A stretch of DNA of 64,000 nucleotides from Octopus vulgaris (taxonomy: Eukaryota), in assembly GCA_951406725.2 (NCBI GenBank), contig OX597814.1, positions 180,420,001-180,484,000 of the forward strand, in the 5' to 3' direction. Below are positions 55,192-64,000 of the stretch, piece by piece. Each line of letters opens with the position of its first letter. Within the stretch, counting starts at the first letter, position 1. A model generated the notes under the pieces. The model was not told the DNA's origin. It saw nothing but the letters and a program-made list of their open reading frames with translations, and ran no database searches. The translations under genes and the position numbers were made by a program.

Positions 55192-55594
55192 GAAGGTGGT
55201 GTTCTGGCAGAAACGTTAGCACGCCGGGTGAAATGCTTACAGGTATTTCGTCTGCCGCCACGTTCTGAGTTCAAATTCCGCCGAGGTAGGCTTTTCCTTT
55301 CATCCTTTCGGGGTCGATTAAATAAGTACCAGTTTCGCACTGGGGTCGATATAATCGACTTAATCCGTTTGTCTGTCGTTGTTTGTCCCCTCTGTGTTTA
55401 GCCCCTTGTGGGTAGTAAAGAAATAGGTATTCCGTCTGTTTTTATGTTCTGAGTTCAAATTCCGCCGAGGTCGACTTTGCCTTTCATCCTTTCGGGGTCG
55501 ATAAATTAAGTACCTCTTACGTACTGGAGTTGATCTAATCGACTGGCCCCCTTCCCCAAAATTTCGGGCCTTGTGCCTAGAGTAGAAAAGAATA
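55192..55594 (+). mobile_element. SINE family A with two body units
   Basis: Near-identical architecture to 5561-5963. Confidence 0.88.
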
Positions 55595-57169
55595 TAGTTT
55601 ATATGTGACTGATTCTAAGAAAGGAATGAGAGATAACAAAATATTTACTATTTTACCGAGAAAAAAAGTAAACTAACCAGTACCTCAATAACCCCATCTG
55701 TATCTTCAATCATTTAGAGCAAGAATTTCTACTTCCTTATCCAAATATACCTGGAAACTTAGACATTATATCATCTAACTGCCCTCTAATAACATAGTGC
55801 ATTTTACACAAAGCTAATCCATATGTCAACGTGAAACTAAACTATATAGTTCCTTACTTGAGACATTCCGAATTTTAAAGCAGAAATGACTGGACCGGAG
55901 GATGGAAATAATTTCAATTGCTTTCACCAGAGGATTCTTCTCTTGAGAAATTTCCAGGCCTCCTTTCCATTTGGTTGCACAAAATATACTCATTGACATC
56001 GAATCTGACTTAGATGGAGTAGATGCCATTGACGACTACTCGCTTGGGATGGGTAGTCACCTATACATAGCTTACATTTAAAAACTCCATATTTTCTAAA
56101 CAGCGTTCTGGTCTACAACCTTTTGCTCCACGCAACTCAATTTTACAAATAAAAATCATTTTAAATAATGTTCTGTGGGAGTTATGTCACGAACCATTAT
56201 TTACAAGATTCTCTGAATGAACACGCTCGCAATTCATGAGTGTGAAATTCCGATTAAAATCGAGTCAATTATCAATTTTTGTCAGTCGTTAACTTATAAG
56301 TACAAGTTCTAATCATGTAGTGAGTACACTTTCCATCTGATCTGCTTCTATACACAGACAAGCGCGCACACAATCGTGTGTGTGTGTGTGTGCGTGCACA
56401 CGTATAGTTACTCATACGTATGTATAAAAACGCACACACATCATTGAAAACCGACACAGATAGAGCTTATTTTACCACTATTATTTCTTCCAATGCTGTT
56501 GTTTGTCTCTTATTGATTTCCTATCACCATACCAACACAATCCTCTCTGCTTCTATCACAACATTCCAACTTTCCATCCGAAAACCTTCACCCATCCAGT
56601 CCACAACCCTCCAGTTCTCCCTCCTTCATTCATTAGCTCACCCTCCTCCACCTCTCCTATATTCCTCAACACCACTATATTTTCCCGCTGTTTCATTATC
56701 CTCGTTCTCTTCATATGGAAGCATTCTACTATTGCCTGCCATAGCTTTATTGCAAACTTTGAATTGAACTTCCCCTATCGTCAGGGACGCTATGAGTTTC
56801 AGCATGGTCTCTCGAGATACAGGATCTAATTGTACTTTAGATTGTACAACATTATGTTAAAAATATTAAGGACACTTGGAACGTCGTATTTTGACTTACA
56901 TGATGTCGATCATTAGTTTATCTGTTCAGAATTGCCTTGGAGCTAAACAACATCAACAACAAGAGCGAATACACGAATAACAGCAAATAGATAGAGCAAC
57001 AATAAGGAAACTACCATTATAAAACATGATACTGGCACTACTGGTACCATTACCAACAACACAGCAACCAGCAAACCAATGAGGGACCTACAACCTGGTA
57101 TTTCGAACCCGGTCGCCAGAAATAGCCGCCAAATCTCCCCCAAAACACACCCCACCGTCTTTGAAACAG

Positions 57170-57272
57170 ATAATATTCAATAAGAACACACTGTGCCGCT
57201 CGGCCTGGGAATTGAACCCATGACCAAGCGATCATGAGTGCAACACCCAAACCACTAGGCCCACATGCCTTC
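57170..57272 (-). mobile_element. SINE family C head, decayed
   Basis: GGCCTAGTGGTTTGGGTGTTGCACTCATGATCG..GGTTCAATTCC..GTGTTCTT similar to 4860-4962. Confidence 0.65.
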
Positions 57273-57310
57273 AATATCATGCATTTATATCTGTGTGTGT
57301 GTGTGCGTGT

Positions 57311-57508
57311 AGCCATCGCCATGATCGACTGCTAGCTACTAAAGTTTTCTTTTTTGTATTCTCTCTCTGTTTATTTTCTCGTCTTCCTTTCTGTTGAAGA
57401 GCGTAGGCTCGAAACGTAAAAGACTTTCTCACCTTCCCGAGCATTAAACTAAAACACGTTTGTTGTTTACACACCCGTCTTCGTCTTTTGGTCTTTGTAA
57501 ATTCCAAC

Positions 57509-57510
<2 letters not shown>
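57311..57510 (+). mobile_element. About 200-bp HHR-bearing short element between microsatellites
   Basis: Full-length homolog (opposite strand) of 59312-59500. Confidence 0.8.
57387..57422 (+). ncRNA. Minimal hammerhead ribozyme, variant core CUGUUGA
   Basis: CTTT-CTGTTGA-A-GAGC-GTAG-GCTC-GAAAC-GTA-AAAG. Confidence 0.65.
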
Positions 57511-57594
<84 letters not shown>

Positions 57595-58280
57595 CATAAA
57601 ATTCAACTAATTTACTCACATGCAGCATCTTTCAGTGTTTGTCGCTTATTCATTTTTGAAGTGGGCTGGTCCCTAGCTACATTTTGGCATAAAAAATTGA
57701 GATTTGATCCAGTAGAAAAAAGCTTACATCAAAATTTGTTGCAACTTTATAAGAGAGTAAGTCAAGCCATCAATCAATTTGAGATCTAAATAACTTTTTT
57801 ATTTTAAAAGCAAAATATATTTATCTTAGCTTCGATGATAAAAGAAAGCATGAAGAATATTAGTTTTGGTCCCATGCAACAAAATTTTGTATCAAAAAAG
57901 TTGAGAAGTAAAATGTGAAAAAAATTAAATGAAAATTTGAAGGGAAAAAGTTGAGTGTTTGTTTCTCAAATTTGAGGGTAATAATATAGTTCTATCCTTC
58001 TTTATGAATATAGTTCTATAAAGGGACTTTTAACGTTGAGGCAAGGAAAAAATTATCAACGACACTGCTAATTGACACATTTGACACATTATTAATTAGT
58101 ATACAGGCATAGCTTGGGAAAAACGGATTATTTGGAAAAATGCGAGCAAGAGAAATAATATTTTTAAGATTATAATCCTGGAAAACTACAAGACCGATTA
58201 TTACACTTGGAACAGTTCAGGACAACTTATTACATCTGGTAAAATACAGAACAAGAAAATTTTTACTTAAAATATTGCAG

Positions 58281-59123
58281 TTCTATATTTAAGAGATGAG
58301 GAATTATGTACATTATTCACATTTGACGGATAATTGTCCTCATCTTGTTTGTTGTTAACACAACATTTCGGCTGATATACCCTCCAGCCTTCATCAGGTG
58401 TCTTGGGGAAATTTCGAACTTAGGGTTAGTAGCCCGCGCTCTTAACCACTGCGCCATATTACCGTGGACAATTATGGAGCGAATTTTAGGGCTTATAAAT
58501 CTAATATTTTCCTATCCTTCCTTAATACAGGTTCCCATATGTTACAAATATCTGCACTCGGTCTGCTTAGGAGGTTGTTGAATCCTCACATATGTGCTGC
58601 TTCTTTTAGTTTTCGTATTTTCCAGTGGTGTACCCGATTTATCAATATCTCCTCGTGTATGAAATTGGTCAATATCTCCTCGTGTCACAGCTTTGTGATA
58701 TTCGTCTACCCTTATTTTGAGGAGGCGGCATGTTTCACCTTTGTATAACCTACCACAACTGCATGGGATGGAGTACATGCAGTCTTTGATCATATTCTCT
58801 TCTATTGGTGGTTTTACTCGAAGGAGATATTTGCGAAGTGTTGCACTACTCTTGAATACTGTCCTGATGCCATATGGACTGCATATCTTTTGTATCTTTT
58901 CGGAGAGGCCTTTCATATAGGGTAGATAGACTGTATACAGTTTATTGGTTTTCATCCTCCATTTTTTTCATAATTGGAGTGGATAGTATGTTTTTGGGAT
59001 AGTTGTTACTTAATAGATTGTCACTTAACTTGATCATTTCTTCGTGGTGGTTATCACGATCGCTAAGTAACAACAAACAAGAAAAGGACAAATGTCCGTC
59101 AAATATAAATGATGTAAATAATG
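58281..59123 (-). mobile_element. 5'-truncated Penelope-like element with GIY-YIG endonuclease, pLTR and inverted pLTR fragment
   Basis: NNYP, LPYMKGLSEKI, MYSIPCSCGRLYKGETCR.LKIRVDEY; 13-bp TSD TAAAATATTGCAG at 58268-58280 and 59124-59136; 59067-59121 is an inverted copy of 58304-58356. Confidence 0.92.
58358..58401 (-). ncRNA. Hammerhead ribozyme in Penelope pLTR
   Basis: ACAC-CTGATGA-A-GGCTG-GAGGGTATAT-CAGCC-GAAAT-GTT-GTGT (C>T at GAAAC). Confidence 0.75.
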
Positions 59124-59227
59124 TAAAATATTGCAGCTAGAAAATTTGAATATTAAAAATTATTTAATTCTAATTTACAAAGTAATATTACCATCATTTT
59201 CTTAAAATATTGACACACTAGAATAGT

Positions 59228-59311
<84 letters not shown>

Positions 59312-59315
<4 letters not shown>

Positions 59316-59500
59316 AGAATTCATAAGAAAACAAAAAACGAAGACAGGTGGTGTAGACAACAAACAGATATAATAACGCTCGGGAAGTGAAAAAGTCTTT
59401 AACGTTTCGAGCCTACGCTCTTCCTCAGAAAAGAACACAGAAAGAAACAAGGGGAGAAAATAAAGAATGTGTAGTGGCTAGCGATCTATCATGGATGGCG
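59312..59500 (-). mobile_element. About 190-bp HHR-bearing short element in (TA)n
   Basis: (TA)n 59233-59311 and TA repeat at 59501; homologous to 57311-57510. Confidence 0.8.
59396..59433 (-). ncRNA. Minimal type I hammerhead ribozyme
   Basis: TCTTTT-CTGAGGA-A-GAGC-GTAG-GCTC-GAAAC-GTT-AAAGA, canonical CUGANGA/GAAA core. Confidence 0.8.
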
Positions 59501-59679
59501 ATATATATATGTATATCGTTGTTATTATGCAAAAGTGTTGTAAATCCAAAACACTGCTTTTTCAGAAAACGAAAAAATAGTTTCACCATTCCATACCAGA
59601 ACCGTTGTACTACACTTTGATAATTTATGATATGTTGGCATCTGCAACAGCTGGAGATACGATAGTTTGACCAAATGAA

Positions 59680-60038
59680 CCATATATAAATTCCGTTCTG
59701 TGTGTGTGTGTGTGTGTGTGTGGCTTCTAGGATCTCGGGCATCCTCCATCCGATTGCGCTCAAATTTGATATGTAGATACCGACGGTATCAGGTCGTGTA
59801 TAAGTCTTGAAAAAAATTACAAAAATCGATTCCAGGTGAGAATGCGATCGATAAAGCCGTGGGAAATCGTTTTTCTTTGGAATAGGAAAAAAGTCTATCT
59901 TTATTTCTTCTCTTGCTGGTGTCTCAAATTTAGGTTAAATCAGTGTTTCTCAAAGGGGAGGCCTATGGGACGGTCGGACAAGTTGTTTTGAGAAAATTTG
60001 GTTTAAATGTTTCACAACTCAGCACCATCCATTGGACG
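59680..60038 (+). mobile_element. Non-autonomous Helitron, second copy of the 3952-4394 family
   Basis: Near-identical 5' (GGATCTCGGGCATCCTCC...) and 3' (CAAAGGGGAGGCCTATGGGACGG...CCATTGGACG) blocks with a different middle. Confidence 0.65.
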
Positions 60039-60274
60039 CAGATATAGGAACCAAAGCATACTAAATGTCTTAGGAAAAAAAATTCCACGTTGGCTAATGT
60101 GAGGCTTCAATCCCCTATTTTATAAGGTTAAAGACGGGATGATCATGGCTGGAATATCTTTGATCATAGAGTTTCTTCAATCAAGGTTGACCTGGTGTTA
60201 AAAAGTGCACGAAATGACTGCAAGATTTTCCTTAAATCATCCTTCCGTCAGAAGAAAAAAATGAAAGCTACTCC

Positions 60275-61042
60275 TTCCCCATCATCACCCACGTCGCCAC
60301 CACCGCCAACAACAACAACACCAACACCAACACCACCACCACCATCATTATCATCACTATTACCATAAACACCGCCAACGCCATTACCGACACTATCACC
60401 GACGCCACCACCGTCATCGCCATCCCCACCAATACCGTCACAAACATTACCACTACCAACACCACTACCACCACCGTCACCGACACGACCAACGCGACGA
60501 ACATCACCAACATCATTATCACCACCAACAAGAGCAGAAACACCAGCGACAGCACCACCACCAACAGCAGCACCGTTAACTCTAACACTTATCACTGTTG
60601 CTAACATTACCATCAAAACCACCAACACCATCATTATAACCAACACCACCACCACCACCACCACCACCATCATCATCATCAACAACAACAACAACAACAC
60701 CAATTCTAACACCACTGCGTAAGTCACCTACACCCGCCTCTTTCTTTTTGTCTATTTCTTATGTCTTTCCTCGTATAGCATCCAACATCACCCAACACCG
60801 CATCTATGTGACCATTGCCCCCATCATCTCCACTTTCATGATCCTCGTCGTTATCATCATAACCATCATCATCATCATCTTCGTCATCATCGTCGTCAAC
60901 ATCGTCGTCGTCGTCACCATCATCATCATCGTCATCGTTGTCGTCATCGTCATCGTCGTCGTCGTTGCCATCATCATCATCATCATCATCGTAGACGTTG
61001 TCGTTACTACTACTACTACCACCACCACCACCACCACCACCA

Positions 61043-61078
<36 letters not shown>

Positions 61079-61416
61079 ATCATCACCATTATCATCAACA
61101 TCGTCGTCGTCGTCACCATCATCATCATCGTCATCTTTGTCGTCATCGTCGTCGTCGCCATCATCATCCTCATCATCATCGTAGACGTTGTCGTTACTAC
61201 TACTACTACTACCACCACCACCACCACCATCACCACCACCACCACCACCACCATCACCATCATCATCATCTCTTCGTCATGATAATCCTCACCAGCATAG
61301 ACATTCATCGCTAAACATATTCAATACTGTCCAGTCATTCATACTCCCCTCACTCATTGATTTTTCTCTCCCACCCCAAACCACCACCACTACTGCCAGC
61401 AGCAGCAGCAGCAGCC

Positions 61417-61450
<34 letters not shown>

Positions 61451-61629
61451 AATACCACATTTACGACACCGACCACCATATTTCCGATTTTTATCCTTCA
61501 GTTCTCTATTATTCGTTTGTTTTCTCTCTTTCTCCCCTCCGCCTCTCTCTCTCTCTCTCTCTCTCCCCACTTTCACTACTATTATCACCACCAACGCCAA
61601 CACAATGCGACCACTACTACCAATACCAC

Positions 61630-61640
<11 letters not shown>
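60275..61640. repeat. Cryptic trinucleotide repeat mosaic (CAC/CAT/CAA/CGT/CAG)
   Basis: Direct inspection; internal duplication with 190-bp offset (GTAGACGTTGTCGTTACTAC at 60991 and 61181). Confidence 0.9.
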
Positions 61641-61664
<24 letters not shown>

Positions 61665-61908
61665 GCATAGCAAGTTTCCGTGATGAGAAGCGGAATCGAC
61701 TTTCCAGCCAACTACCTCGCCCCTGGCAGCCACATGATCTTGGCTGCAATATATAAAGACTATCTAATTGATTTCATCTATTTATCTATCTTTAAAGCTC
61801 GCCCTGTCTCTGTATTTATCTAACAACTTCACTACATGTATTTAGTACGGCTGTCCCACGTTTGTACAGCTCAAAACAATACACACACACATATATATAC
61901 ATACATAC

Positions 61909-61942
<34 letters not shown>

Positions 61943-62044
61943 TATATATATATATATATATATATTTATATAGATATAGATATATATATATATACATATA
62001 GACATATATGTATATATACACATATATATACTTATATATATATA

Positions 62045-62130
<86 letters not shown>

Positions 62131-62297
62131 GTAAACAGAGTTAGCGGTTAGAGTAACCGACTAAGGGATAAAATATCCGTATATACAATCGGTGTTCGTT
62201 ACCTGTATTATCCCCAGGCATTGGTGTGCAGGCACATCATGCACACAGAGTGTAGATAACAACAGGATAAACAAAAGTTTATCAGGAACCAATGCAA

Positions 62298-62794
62298 ATA
62301 ATTAGAAAATGGAGAAAACCCACACATTAACAAACACTTCGATTGGGCTACATTTATAGCTTATTTTTGAATACAAAGCATGACATAACAAAACAGGTGA
62401 CGTAACGTATCTTACGGCCGTTACTGATCGGTTACCGAAATGGTGTCTATAAATAAATGCGAGAATAAAGTTCATCGTCATAGGATATTCGAATTAAGGC
62501 AACAGATCTTCATCAAAGTAAAGTACAAGAGATTATAATATATTGTTTATACTGTATGCTCTTGTTTTTTTACTTTGATGAAGATTCGTTGCCTTAATTC
62601 GAAAGTCCTATGAAGATGAAGAATTTTATTCTCGCATTTATTTAAAGAGTGCATTTGGAAACCGCTCAGTAACGGCCGTAAGATATGTTATGTCATCTAT
62701 TTTGTTATGTTATGTTTTGTGTTAAAAAATGAGCTGCAAATGTGGCCCCATCGATGTGTTTGGTAATCTGTGATTTTCTTCATTTTCTAATTAT
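62298..62794. repeat. Diverged fold-back inverted repeat of about 500 bp
   Basis: Arms of about 240 bp align end to end around centre ~62546, e.g. TATCTTACGGCCGTTACTGA and TAAATAAATGCGAGAATAAA. Confidence 0.9.
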
Positions 62795-62912
62795 ATATCT
62801 ATCTATCTATCTACACACATACATCTCCATATATATACACATACGTATTAGTGTATGTATAGAGATGTATGCGTGTGTATGTGTGTAGATATATATATAT
62901 ATATATATATAT

Positions 62913-62975
<63 letters not shown>

Positions 62976-62976
62976 C

Positions 62977-63576
62977 ATTTTTTTATGGCTGCCCCCTCGT
63001 TATCGAGTATGGCCATTGCACGAAGCTTAACTGTTACTGGTGCTGTGATCGAATGTGACTTTTTAGCCCAGCTAAAGATCTACAATGTCTTGTACAAAAT
63101 TGGCAACTAAAATTTTTACTGGTAATAGCCGGCTGTACTTGTAACTGGACTTCATGTACCTTTGCATGTCGTTTAAGTCCTCCTGCCGAATTACACTCTC
63201 TTCCACATGGCCGACAGATATGATTAGTATGGTGTGTTACACCACCACCAGTGGCCAGTTTGTCACTCATCTGTCTCGTTTTATGACTACGAAGATGACT
63301 AATGAGTCCAGCCTTACTGAGGCAGGGTCTTGCACAGACATTGCATGTCAGAATCAAAGGAAGACCCTTCCCTTCTGAAAGTGTGACAGCGATGCCCTTC
63401 CTGACATCCCTCCTTACTTTCTCATGTGCAACTCGAGATTTCTCAAACGTGGCTGTCCCCTCATGCACAATCCTTCTCCACCTGCTACGATCAATAGCTA
63501 TGCCTTCCCATATGTCAGGAGAGATGCAAGCACCTCTTAAGGGAGCCTTCAGCATGCCCTTATACCTCTTTTTTTT
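62977..63576 (-). mobile_element. RTE-clade LINE 3' end with three C-terminal C2H2 zinc fingers
   Basis: KRYKGMLK..L....I....WE.IA.DRSRWR..V..G...FE (RTE C-terminus), then CNVC..HLRSH, CRPC..HAKVH, CQFC..HIRSQH; short 3' UTR with A tail; 5' end truncated at microsatellite. Confidence 0.85.
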
Positions 63577-63615
63577 CATACATACATACATATGCGCACA
63601 TATACACACATACAC

Positions 63616-63716
<101 letters not shown>

Positions 63717-64000
63717 ATGTCACATGGCTTGTTGCCAACTGAATGTGGCAGTCCCAGGAAAGGGAAAATGCTACTGCTATTTAGCCCCAGGAAACACTAT
63801 TTCCAGCTGGCCATGTGACACAAGCGTTCTGAGCCCTTGTGTTTTCAAACAGGGGAGATAAGCATCTCCACCCAGCAAAGCCAGCATCCAGAGACTAGTT
63901 TCAGAGTCATTTCTCATCATCACTCTGTCCATGCTTATTGACCTTTGAAAACATATAGATTTTATGTGAAATACATTCACTGATCTACAAAATTAGAAAT

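Noticed and set aside
55650-56150. Possible L1/Tx1 RT relic on the minus strand
   Set aside because: No clear catalytic motif recoverable by eye
60748-61670. His/Thr/Pro-rich ORFs
   Set aside because: Trinucleotide low-complexity sequence open in several frames at once

Overview
AT-rich eukaryotic DNA dense in microsatellites. The SINE families and repeat landscape look like an octopus (coleoid cephalopod) genome; this is inferred from recognising the repeats, not proven. I found no host protein-coding exon, and almost all ORFs in the track are microsatellite read-throughs or transposon fragments, so the window is probably intergenic or intronic. It contains three tRNA-derived SINE families, clusters of 5'-truncated R4/Dong-type (RT plus restriction-like endonuclease) LINEs in (TAA)n tracts, Hero-like and RTE LINE fragments, several Penelope-like element (PLE) relics, non-autonomous Helitrons, hAT and Tc1/mariner MITEs, and a tRNA-Lys(CTT) pseudogene. 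The most notable signal is a high density of minimal type I hammerhead ribozyme (HHR) motifs: about 7 well-formed and several decayed. They occur in short non-coding elements in (TA)n tracts, in long fold-back palindromes, and in one PLE 3' end where the HHR follows a tRNA-like Pol III promoter. All alignments and folds were done by eye; boundaries of decayed elements are approximate.
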